Assembly: GCA_951406725.2 (NCBI GenBank)
Contig: OX597838.1
Location: 25,730,001 to 25,794,000, forward strand
From: Octopus vulgaris
Lineage: Eukaryota
DNA length: 64,000 nt
Direction: 5' to 3'
Under the pieces are notes generated by a model, which was given only the letters and a program-made list of their open reading frames with translations, did not search any database and was not told the origin of the DNA. The position numbers and the translations under genes are program-made. Shown one piece after another: positions 15,572 through 27,445 of the stretch (within the stretch, counting starts at the first letter, position 1; each line of letters begins with the position of its first letter).

Positions 15572-16484
15572 TTGGGTTATCCAATAAATAATGCGGGGTT
15601 TTTTTTATACTTCTTTTATTTTTCAAAATTATGATAAAGTTTTTTTTAAATCTAAAATGTACTCTCCTTCATTTTCTACAATGCTCTTCCATCTATCTGG
15701 TAGACTTGCAAGGCCACTCTTCCAAAATTCACTTGTCCGTGAAGAAAAATACTCCTCCAGTACTCTTCTGACCTCGTCTGCAGAATTCCTATTTTTTCTG
15801 TCCAAACGATTTTGAAGACAGCGGAATAAATGATAATCAGATGGGGCAATGTCTGGCAAATATGGCGGGTGGGCATTGTTTCCCATTCAAACTGCTCCAG
15901 CCTCCTTTGGAATGTCATACTCGCTGTATGTGGCCGAGCATTATCCTGATGGAAGAACACCTTTTGTCTTGAAACCAAAGATGGTCATTTTTCTTCTAGC
16001 GCAGGTGTCAATGAATGGTTGAATGACCCAATCTAAGCTTCTCAGCTGATTCCACAACAGTTATGATGGGATTTTGTTTCACCAGGGTTTGCAAGACATC
16101 CTTGCTGAGCTCTACAGATCTTCCAGGATGAGGTTCATCTTCTAGGCTGTAGTTTCCAGCTTGGAATTTCTGGAACCACCATTGACATTGTCTTACTCTT
16201 ATAGTCCGATCCCCATATACTGCATTAATATTCCTCATACTTTCCATTGCATTGTTGCCTTTCTTGAACTCATTAAGCAAAATATGCCGAATATGCTCCT
16301 TTGTCACTTCCATTATAGCTTTGAAAAAATAACAGAACTGCACTTTTCAAAACTTGCACTAAGAATAAGTACAAGGTAAAATCTCCTGCTTTTACAGCAA
16401 ATTGATGGAGATAGTTTATCTTGTACCCCTCTGACTTTTATTTCATGCAATTGGAAAAACTGCATTATTTATGGGATGACCCAA
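15572..16484 (-). mobile_element. Mariner transposon, internally deleted, inserted into a SINE
   Basis: TIRs TTGGGTTATCCAATAAATAATGC / GCATTATTTATGGGATGACCCAA with TA target duplication; HQDNARPH and HPPYLPDIAPSDYHLF motifs. Confidence 0.93.
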
Positions 16485-16561
16485 TATCTTCTATCATAGC
16501 TTTCAGGCCGATGAAAGCCTTGTGAGTGGATTTGGTAGACAGAAACCTAAGACATATTTAA

Positions 16562-16610
<49 letters not shown>

Positions 16611-18307
16611 TTTATCTATATATTCTCTTATTTGTTTCAGTCATCTGCCTTTAGTCGAAGAAATTGTAAGTCTAATACTCATTCTATTTGTTACTTTTGA
16701 TGAACAGCTAAATTACAGGGACATAAACACACCAACACCGGTTGTCAAGTGATGGTGGGGAAACAAACTCAGACACATATATACGATGGGCTTCTTTCAG
16801 TTTCCATCTACCATATCCACTCACAAGGCTTCGGTCGGCCCAAGGCTATAGTAGAAGACTCTTGCCTAAGGTGCCACACAGTGGGACTGAACCTGGAAGC
16901 ATGTGGTTGGGAAGCAAGCTACTTACCACAGAGATTTGCTGTATAGAGAACACTTAGTAGTGCTCAAAAGATTCAAACTTAGACTCCGATGTGCTTACAG
17001 GGGATTCATTGCATAAAGTAAAGAAAGGCTATAAGAGGGATCAAGTTGAGTGAGTATAGAGGCAGTTATGCAGATAAACAAATTGCACATACTGCCTGGC
17101 CCCCGTGCCGGTGGCACGTAAAAGGCACAATCTGATCGTGGCTGTTGCCAGCCTCGCCTGGCCCCCGTGCTGGTGGCACGTAAAAAGCACCATCCGACCA
17201 TGGCCGTTTGCCAGTCCTGTCTGGCATGTAAAAAAGCACCCACTACACTCATGGAGTGGTTGGCATTAGGAAGGGCATCCAGCCGTAGAAGCATTGCCAG
17301 ATCAGACTGGGCCTGGTGCAGCCTCCTGGCTTCCCAGACCCCAGTTGAACCGTCCAACCCATGCTAGCATGGAAAGGGGATGCTAAATGATGATGATGAT
17401 GACATATATACATATTTTGTATTTTATACACAAACTATTATATTTAATATATATAATGTATCTAATTTGTTTATCTGCATAATTCCCCTCCTTTCTCTCT
17501 CTATATATGTGTGTGTGTGTAAGAAAATATTTAAGTATTGGGTATGTTCCTAGTAGTTCACCGATCCAATGAAGCATGGCTACCTGACATCATCCGTGGT
17601 ATTTATGCAGTTGTCACTGAATCTACCTGAGGAATTCCTCGGTGTTCATTGAGTATATAACAAATGATAGAGACGGAAAATGGAATTGGGAACAATAAAG
17701 TTTCTCCTATATTTCATTTTCCATCTTTATCATTTGTTTTATGTGTGTGTGTGTGTGCACATGCATATATAACGATACACACACACACATATATATAACA
17801 CATCCATGTATGTAGATGTGTATATCTGTATATGTCTCTACCCACAGATCACATGGTAATCAGCTGACCAAAAAGCATTCCTTATTAAATATGCGTATTG
17901 GTCCAAGGTTTTGTCTCACTCTCTATCTATGTATGCCGTGTGTGTGTGTGTGCATGTATGTATATATAAATGTATATATGATTTTGTTTTACAAATAAGA
18001 GAATGCTAATTCACCTGTATATACATACACATATATATATATATGAACACACTCCTACAAATTGGCTCTTTCATACACAGCAACAAGTATACATATGACT
18101 ATAGCCTGCACACACACATACACACACACACAGATAGATAGATAGATGCAGGTGTGGCTGTGCAGTTAGATGCTTGATGCCCAGCCACCTAGCTCCAGGT
18201 TCAGTCCCATAGTCTGACAAGTGTCTTCTGCTGTAGCCTCCAGCTAACTAAAACCTTGTGAGTAGATTTTGGTAGATAAAAACTGTAGGAAGCCTCTTAC
18301 GTGTGTG

Positions 18308-18338
<31 letters not shown>

Positions 18339-18589
18339 GAGTGTGTGTGTGTGTGTGTATAAATATATATATTTTTACGTATATGTGTGTGTATGTGTAC
18401 GTTAACTTCATGAGCAGGCCGTTCCGTTGATTGGATCAACTGGAACCCTCATCATTGTAACCGACAGAGTGCCACTTGTGTGTGTGTGTGTGTGTGTTCT
18501 ATGTATGTATGAGTAAAGGAACATTTATGATAGTGTTTTGTTCTGTGTATCTATAACTGGGTTTGGGTGAGTGTGATTGGGACTGAGAG

Positions 18590-18638
<49 letters not shown>

Positions 18639-18879
18639 CAGACTGACTGACAGAGAGGGGTGATGTATGCAAGTGTTGGTTCAGGCAGACAAAGAATAAA
18701 AAAAAAAAAAGATGAAGAGAAAGAAGAAATGGCAGTTGATGCTGAAGAGGAGGAGCAGGAAGAGAAGAATAAGCGAAAGTGCAAGTATGTGAGAATAAGG
18801 AGAAGAAAACAGAGATGAGGTGCAAAGAAAGAAGAAAGAAAGCTGAAGGAAAGAAAGAAAGAAAGAAAGAGAGGAGGAA

Positions 18880-18975
18880 GAGAAACGTTGTCCCGGATAG
18901 AAAGCCAGAAAGATTCTTTAACCAATCAGAGACGTCTCCTTTGGTGGAATCATCCGCAACCGCACCCAGCCATAC
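18880..18975 (-). promoter_or_regulatory. Candidate promoter (CCAAT box plus GACGTC, locally CpG-rich)
   Basis: AACCAATCAG at 18920-18929 and GACGTC at 18931-18936; a pyrimidine-rich leader follows on the minus strand. Confidence 0.3.
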
Positions 18976-19251
18976 ATGTTCAATATGACAAACACACACA
19001 CACACACACATGGTACATGCATACAGAAACACATACACAACGATAGACTTGCACACGCACACACAGAGAAACATACAGATGTGCATGCAAAGACAGATGT
19101 ACGCATAAAGATACATATGCATATAGACATATAGGTGTGCATGCAGATAGATACACAGATGTGTGCATAAATTTATGCACACACACACACACACACATGC
19201 GTGCTCTGAAAGATACACATACATACACAGACATGTAGACAAAGATATACA

Positions 19252-19252
<1 letters not shown>

Positions 19253-19288
<36 letters not shown>

Positions 19289-19428
19289 TACGTGCAGACA
19301 GAGGCACACACGTTCAAAGATGCACTCACACAGATGCATGCGCAAGGATTCACATGCGCACGCACAATAATACACAAAAGCGCACATAAAGACACACACA
19401 CACACACACACACACAAAGATAACATAG

Positions 19429-19471
<43 letters not shown>

Positions 19472-19615
19472 TACATGCAGACAGAGGCACACACGTTCAA
19501 AGATGCACTCACACAGATGCATGCACAAGGATTCGCATGCACACGCACAATAATAAACACATGTACACAAAAGCACACATAAAGACACACATACACACAA
19601 AGATAACATAGAAAC
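19253..19615. repeat. Tandem duplication (~180 bp) in CA-rich sequence
   Basis: GCAGACAGAGGCACACACGTTCAAAGATGCACTCAC... occurs twice. Confidence 0.85.
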
Positions 19616-21412
19616 ACACATACACATACACACACATACACACACACATATGCAGAGCTGCCATTATACAGAAACAATATTTCAGACATCATCAATAAAT
19701 GTTACATAACTGATAAGGCTGGTGTTGTGTGGAGAGATAATTCTAGAACATTATTGCACAAACACCAATTGGGACACACACATACACATACACACATACA
19801 CACGCACATATGCATAAATGTACACACACATACACACACACATATGCATAAATGTACACATACACACACGCACATGCCTAAGTGTACATATACTCATGCA
19901 CACATACATATACACACATGTACACATACATAAAAATATACACTCGCTTTCTCTCTTCCCACCTTTCTTTATTTCTTTTCTTTTTCTTTCTTTCTTTCTT
20001 TCTTTGCTTCCTTCCAGAATGTTTTAACTTTCAGAGACACATTGACCAGAGATTAAGGATTAAATATTGAGGTTCCTTTCAAGAACCCTTCTTCACCCCA
20101 AGCATTATCCAATTTTGATGAACCCAGTTACTGTCACCTCCTTCTGTTTTTGACTAGAATATGGCAAAACGTAGTGGAAAATCGAAAAATTCTCAACCTC
20201 AACATCACCATCACCATCATTTAGTGTTTGCTTTCCATACTGACATGGGTTAGACAGTTTCATTGAAACACACACACACACACACACATATATATACATA
20301 TGATGGACTTCTTTCCGTTTCTGTCTACGAAATCCATGTGATTGGGAAGCAAGCTTCTTACCATATGCTTGTGTGTGTTGTGTGTGTGTGTGTGTGTATA
20401 GACATCATCATCAGCATCATCATTTAATGTCCACCTTCCATGCTGACATAGGTGGTACGGTTTGACAGGAGCCGGCCAGACTTCCGTGACTATAAAATAA
20501 AATTAATGTCAGCAGCTGGGCACAATATAAACTGCATAGGCAAAATTTAGTCGTCACTAATTGTGATTGTATATGCTATAAGCACATATGTTGCTCGAAG
20601 TAAGAGTTAAACCACTTATAGTTGTGTTGAAGCACATTTATGTATACTGACAGGGTAGATAACTGTTGCATGAGTGAAGCAAAGCCAGAACACTGGACTG
20701 CACAGTTTCATCGTAATGGGAATTGTCAATTGTCAATGGGAATTGTCCAGTGTTTCTATGAAAGCATCAATTCTCCCTGTCTATGATAGACACTCTCGTC
20801 ATTTTCGACATATGAACATCTCTATGTTCATTCAACTGAATGACCTAGTCACTGAGTTAGTATGCAGTGTTTGTGTATTCCTCAGATGTGTGTACTCTTA
20901 ACATAGTTCTTGAATAGAATTAGCATGACCCTTTGTGAAGAGACTGCACTTTTGAATGAAAGGCTTCTACAGTCTATTTAACAGGATCCTCCTAACACTT
21001 GTTTCCGTCTGTCTGGATATAACCAAAAGGCAGGCCTAGTTTGACACGAGGCTATGGTAAAACGACATCCGCCCAAGATGTCTTGCAGTGGGATTGAATC
21101 TGGGACCCCATGGTTGTGAAGCAAACGTCTAAACCACTCAGCCATACCTACACACACACACACACACATATCTGTCTACACATACATACATATATGTGTA
21201 TTGGGAAAATAGGCACAAGCATAGCTGTATAGCTAAAGAGCTAGCTTTCCAGCCTCATGGTTGCTGGTTTGTTCTCATTGTGCAGCATTTTGGGCAAATG
21301 TTGTTTTCCACTATGCCCTGGAGCAGCTAATGTTCCGTGAGTGAATTTGGGAGATGGAAACTGTGTGGAAGCCCATCATATAAGTACATATATATACACA
21401 CCCATATATATA

Positions 21413-22190
21413 CAGGGGTTGAACAAAATAATGGAAACACCTAACATCATGATTTTGAAATATCTATAAAACCATCAAAAGCTTGTTTATTTTTATGTTT
21501 TTTGATATATTATTAGTGTTTTGCTAAATTGCTGTTTCTTTTCGGAAAAAAGTAATTAAAGTTCATTGAAATGACAGATCTATCAGACTTTCAAATTGTT
21601 GGTGCTCGTATGGCAGGCACTAGCGTAACAAAAACAGCTGAAATGTTTGGTGTACCAAGAAGTACTGTTTCAAAAGTAATGACAGCCTTTGAGAAAGAAG
21701 AAAAAAACCTCCTCATTGAAACAAAACACCAGAAGAAAACCAAAACTTTCAGCTAGGGACCATCAGTCTCTTACGCAAATTGTTAGAAAGGATCATAAAA
21801 GTACAGCTCCCAAAATTACTGCAGAGCTTAATGACCACCTTGAGAAACCAGTTTCTGCAAAAACTGTTCACCTGGGAGCTGCACAAAGCCAGATTTCACA
21901 GGGGAGCTTCAATCAGAAAACCACTACTTTCAAAAACAAACGTTTCGAAGCGTTTAGAGTGGAGTAAAATCCTACAGAATTGGTCCCTAGAGTAGTGGAA
22001 GAATGTTATTTTCTCGGATGAGTCATTCTTTACCTTATTTCCGAACACCAACCAAGTATACGTGTGGAGACAGCCAAAAGAAGCATTTGACCCAGACTGC
22101 CTTCTACCAACTGTTAAACATGGAGGGGGATCTGTGATGATCTGGGAGGGGGGGGCTATATCTTGGAAATCCACCGGCCCAATGGTTTCC
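21413..22190 (+). mobile_element. Tc1-like transposon, truncated and frameshifted
   Basis: ta-CAGGGGTTGAACAAAATAATGGAAAC end; DLSDFQIVGAR HTH, FSDES, PTVKHGGGSVMIW. Confidence 0.88.
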
Positions 22191-22340
22191 ATATACATAT
22201 GTATATATATATGTCATGCTAGCGGTCCCACCCATGCAAGCATGGAAGGCAGACATTAAATGATGTTGATGATGATGATATATGTATATGTATGTATATA
22301 TATCTCCGTCTTCCCTTCTCTGAATCTTTCCTTTTCCTAT

Positions 22341-22375
22341 GTTTCTGACGAAGAGCTCCGCTCGAAACGTTAAAC
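22341..22375 (+). ncRNA. Minimal type-I hammerhead ribozyme motif (intact core)
   Basis: GTTT-CTGACGA-A-GAGC-tcc-GCTC-GAAA-CGTT-AAAC: stem I GTTT/AAAC, CUGANGA, extra A, stem II GAGC/GCTC, GAAA, palindromic stem III (AACGTT), GUU triplet. Confidence 0.75.
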
Positions 22376-22476
22376 CCTCCTTCCTCCCTTCCTTCCTAAG
22401 CGTCCAATAATACTATATTTGTTCCACGTCCTCGCATTGTTGTGTTTTCTCTTTGTGTTTTCATGTTTGGATTAAC

Positions 22477-22514
<38 letters not shown>

Positions 22515-22515
<1 letters not shown>

Positions 22516-23382
22516 AGGATTGGTAGAAAGTAACTAAGCATTAGAAATTGCTTATAGAATTTTTAGTATCATTGAAGTTATGACAAAAACATTTTTTAAA
22601 CAGACAACACTGATGGGGATTTCTTATTGTCTTATTTCTTAGTTCCCAGATGGCCAGTTGCTTGACTGTTCCAGAGTGAGCTAAGATAGCAGCATGCTAT
22701 AAAATGTGGAATGCCATTATTTTTGGTTCAGAGATGGTGGTGTGCATGATAAGGTAAGCATGCAACAGAGGCAATAAAAGGTTGTCGTGCAAAGCATGAC
22801 CACGGACTCTGTGAACGATGCAAGAACAAGTGGCCGTCCAACCACATCCCGATCAGCGGAGAATGTGGCAACTTTGCAAGAAATGTTTAATCGCAGCCCG
22901 CAAAAATTCAACACATCAAGCTGCTCGTGAAAGTGGACAAACAAGACACACAATATGTTCAGTGTTGCATAAAGAATTGAAAAGTGGAAACCCCATTACG
23001 TGCAGCAGGAGCTAAAACCTGATGGGATGATGCGGACCTCATGAATGGCCTCCAAGAAGTCCAGATCTCTCTGCATGAGATCTTTACCTGTGGGATTATA
23101 CAAAAGAGGGATTACACAAAACCTCACACACTGGAGGACTTGGAAACATGGATTCAAGAGGTTCTCAATGACAACCCAGACAACGTCCATCAGAAGGTTG
23201 TTCATTCCATCCCTAGCTGTTTGAGGAAACTGGTTGATACCACCAGTGCTTATGTTGAAGTATGAAGATTTACTTTCATTTTCCCATGTAATAAAGAACA
23301 TGTATCATTTGTTTCAATAAATTTGTAAAAGGAATATGGATTTTATAACCAATTTTTAATGCCTACTTACTTTTCACCCAGC

Positions 23383-23385
<3 letters not shown>
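22515..23385 (+). mobile_element. Degenerate Tc1/mariner-superfamily element in (TA)n
   Basis: Imperfect TIRs CAGG...AAAGTAA / TTACTTT...CCTG; WPPRSPDL-like and KPHTLEDL remnants. Confidence 0.7.
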
Positions 23386-23425
<40 letters not shown>

Positions 23426-23521
23426 GAGAAGCTTTATGAAAATAAACAAAAGACGAAGGCAGGTGGAGTACAAACAAACAATTGTATTAGTATGGCGCTC
23501 AGGAATATAAATAAAACAAGT

Positions 23522-23557
23522 CTTTTACGTTTCGAGCCTACGCTCTTTAACAGAAAG
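23522..23557 (-). ncRNA. Degenerate hammerhead motif, variant core
   Basis: Reverse complement CTTT-CTGTTAA-A-GAGC-gtag-GCTC-GAAA-CGTA-AAAG. Confidence 0.55.
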
Positions 23558-24049
23558 ATACACAGAAAAGAAACACGGAGAGAAACAAGGAGAGAAAAAA
23601 ATGCGTGCAGAAGTTAGCGATTCAACATGGCGATCTGATTCTGGTCAGAAGTCAGAGATCAAACGTGAGACGCAAGAGCGAAAATAGGGGAGATAACAGG
23701 GTCAAATGACTTCGCCCCAACGTAAGGGTGTGTGTGTGTATGAGAGTATGTGGTGCGTATGAAAAGTCTGGACGTGTGTATGTATGTATGATGTGATGTG
23801 TAATGTCGTATGGTGTAGTGTATATATATACTGTTAGTTGTCTGTGAAATAAATAGGAAATGATTACATGTAGAGCAGCATTTCATGGAGTGTCAGTTTC
23901 AAATTCAACCCCATATTTATCAGCGATGTTTACCAATCTATTCGTTAATTATACTCACAACCTCATTTATTTCTCGAGTTGATTACAACCTTTAGAAGCC
24001 ATGGTCACGTCACTTGATTCTGCTCTTATTCCCCATTAGATTCTCTTCT

Positions 24050-24788
24050 GCCGCCACCACCACCTTCACCACTGCCACCACCACCTTCACCACTGCCACC
24101 TTCACCACTGCCACCATCACCTTCACCACTGCCACCATCACCTTCCCCACTGCCACCATCACCTTCGCCACTGCCACCATCACCTTCCCCACTGTCACCA
24201 TCACCTTCACCACTGCCACCATCACCTTCGCCACTGCCACCATCACCTTTGTCACTGCCACCATCACCTTCGCCACTGCCACCATCACCTTCCCCACTGC
24301 CACCATCACCTTCACCACTGCCACCATCACCTTCACCACTGCCACCATCACCTTCGCCACTGCCACCATCACCTTCCCCACTGCCACCATCACCTTCACC
24401 ACTGCCACCATCACCTTCGCCACTGCCACCATCACCTTTGTCACTGCCACCATCACCTTCACCACTGCCACCATCACCTTCCCCACTGCCACCATCACCT
24501 TCCCCACTGCCACCATCACCTTCACCACTGCCACCATCACCTTCGCCACTGCCACCATCACCTTCGCCACTGCCACCATCACCTTCACCACTGCCACCAT
24601 CACCTTCACCACTGCCACCATCACCTTCACCACTGCCACCATCACCTTCGCCACTGCCACCATCACCTTCACCACTGCCACCATCACCTTCACCACTGCC
24701 ACCATCACCTTCGCCACTGCCACCACCACCTTCGCCACTGCCACCATCACCTTCACCAATGCCACCATCACCACTGTCATCACCACCA
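24050..24788. repeat. 21-bp tandem array (ACCATCACCTTCNCCACTGCC) x ~35, possibly coding
   Basis: Direct inspection; five of six frames are open. Confidence 0.95.
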
Positions 24789-25766
24789 GGTATTAGTTGT
24801 CTGCTTAATTATGCGTTTGACAATCGACAAGTTGTTTTCAAAGCCTCAGGTTCTTGTTTTTTTCTTATCAGCAACATTCACAGAAGCGTGGCTGTCCTAT
24901 CAAGTTGTGGTGATTGTTTAGAAACATAATAATGTGTGTGTGTCTTTGTGTGTGTCTCTGTTTGTGTGTAGGTGGGGCAAATGTGTGCGTCTTGTGTGTG
25001 AGTGTGTTGCGTGGAGGGTATGTTTGTAAGTGCATGAATATGGGTGGTGTGTGAGTGTATGTGTGTGTGTGTGTTTGTTGTCATGGGGTATGTGTGTGAG
25101 TTACGTGTGTTTGTGAATTAGTGTGAGTGTGGTGGATGTGTGTGTGTGTGTGTGTGTGCACATGTGAGCATTGTGAGTGTGAAAAAATGGGGGTAAATTT
25201 ATCTGTATGTGTGGGTGTGTGTGTGAGTGTTAGTACATGCAAATATATCTTGGAGTTTTACAACTGAGAAAGCTGACAAGCATTTGGAAAATTAAATTAA
25301 TATTTACAAAGAACACATACCCTGACTTGTTATTTGATGGTGGTGGTGGTGGTGGTAATGATGATTTCAAATTTTGACACACAGCCAGCAATTTTGGAGA
25401 AGGGGATCAGTCAAACCATCCAACCCATGCCAGCATGGAAAACAGACGTTAAATTATGATGATGGTGACTCACTTGATATTAGGTGGACCTATCCTACAC
25501 ACAACAACAGTTACATCCATCCCTCCATTTCCTCTGCCCACTATTCCTGGGAGAGCAATTGGGGGTAGAGTCCTCAGGTGCCTCGTCCATAAGGTCCTGT
25601 CAGAGGCAACTATCATGAAACTCTCCTGTTGGATTCCCAAGCACGACTGACTGAGATAATGGATATTATCCATCCATCTCATTCTCAGTCTACTCCTTGG
25701 TCTCCTGCTGGTTTGCTCAACCTGATGAATCTCTTTTGCAATTCTTTCCTCTGACATTCTAATCAT

Positions 25767-26165
25767 AGGCGCAGGAGTGGCTGTGTGGTAAGTAGCTTGC
25801 TTACCAACAACATGGTTCCGGGTTCAGTCCCACTGCGTGGCACCTTGGGCAAGTGTCTTCTACTATAGCCTCGGGCTGACCAAAGCCTTGTGAATGGATT
25901 TGGTAGACGGAAACTGAAAGAAGCCTATCGTATATATATATATATATATATGCGTGTGTGTTTGTATGTCTGTGTTTGTCCCTCTAGCATTGCTTGACAA
26001 CCGATGCTGGTGTGTTTATGTCCCCGTCACTTAGCGGTTCAGCAAAAGAGACCGATAGAATAAGTACTGGGCTTACAAAGAATAAGTCCCGGGGTCAAGT
26101 TGCTCGATTAAAGGTGGTGCTCCAGCATGGCCGCAGCCAAATGACTGAAACAAGTAAAAGAGAGA
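25767..26165 (+). mobile_element. SINE family 1
   Basis: Full-length copy. Confidence 0.9.
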
Positions 26166-26349
26166 AAGAGATATGTACATTGCAGACAAGTAATGGCTCG
26201 ACCTGGAGAGACTCCTTGATCGCTGAGCTACATACCCTGTCAAGTAACATTACTCCAGATATTCTTCAGAGGAGCCCTGTTTTAGCCACTTGTATTCATG
26301 ATCATATTCCTTAGGTCATTACCCATCATTCATGACCATGAATAGGCAC

Positions 26350-27187
26350 AAAAACCGAATTGAAGATAACAAGTTTTCCATCACATCACTAATCAACACC
26401 TCCATAAGCTCAGCCTTGTGAACAAACACTGTGGATAAGCTCTTCATGAACTGACCAATGGCCAGGCTCAACGACATGTGAACATTTGCAAACAACTACT
26501 GGCAAATCCTCAAGATGCCTGTTTTTGGCATTGAATTGAAACTGGGAATGACAAATGGATCTATTTCCATAATCCTAATCAAAGAAATCAGTGACTTCGT
26601 TCTGGTCAAGATTCAGAACCTGTTGTCAAACAAGGGTGGTTTGAACGGAAAGTCATGTTGTGTATTTGGTAGAATGTTGAGAGGGTATTGCACTTTGAGC
26701 TTGTCCCAGATGGTCATGTTGTGAATGCTAGCCTTTATGCTCAGCAACTGCAGCCAGTGTATGATGCTTTGAAAGCCCAACACCTGGCACTGGTTAATCG
26801 AAAAGACACACACACTCCTACAGCATGGCAATGCTCTAGTACACACTACCAGTGTAACTAAATACAAACTTCATGCAGTGGAAGTGCTGTCTCACCCTGC
26901 CTACTGTCCAGACTTTACACCATGAGGCTACTACCTTTCCTGAGCCATGGCTCATTTCCAGCACAGACGGAAGTTCAACAATGAGGATGAGGTTAAAAAC
27001 AAGTGCAGGGAGCTTTTTGCCTGTAAACCTGCCAAACGGTGTAAATGTAAAATTGAGCTTCTGGTACAAACATGGCAACAGATGACAGAATATTTTGGGA
27101 CATATTTTGATGAATAGATGATTGTCATATGTAATTTGTTTGGACTCTTAGTTAAAACTTGAAATACGAAAAAACTTTTGACTGGTG
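26350..27187 (+). mobile_element. Degenerate mariner transposase remnant
   Basis: DKWIYF, KVMLCIW and HPAYCPDF (HPPYSPDL-like) remnants. Confidence 0.7.
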
Positions 27188-27217
27188 TATATATATATAT
27201 ATCACCATCATCATCAT

Positions 27218-27445
27218 TTAACCCTTTTGATGCCAACTCGGCTGAAACTGGCTCTGACTCTGAGTTCAAATGTCTTGTTTTCATAAGTTTTGAATTAAAA
27301 TCCTCCACCAAACCTTAATCACAATTTATGTTCCTAACACTAGCTTAATGATAACGAAGTTATTTTACTAAATTCTTTGTTATATTTAAAGTAATTGAAA
27401 GAATCAGAGAGCATCTCAAAATAAATACAATAACGAAAGGGTTAA
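27218..27445. mobile_element. piggyBac-like non-autonomous element (family A)
   Basis: TTAA target duplication, CCCTTT/AAAGGG ends; interrupts an RTE-tail repeat. Confidence 0.75.

Noticed and set aside
18499-19933. Long CV/HT/YI-rich ORFs (and the many similar ones across the window)
   Set aside because: Translations of CA/TA microsatellites.
24014-24796. Thr-rich (TATITFT)n ORF resembling an ice-binding/antifreeze protein
   Set aside because: Starts at TTG, not ATG, and repeat variation is non-synonymous in this frame; other frames fit better.
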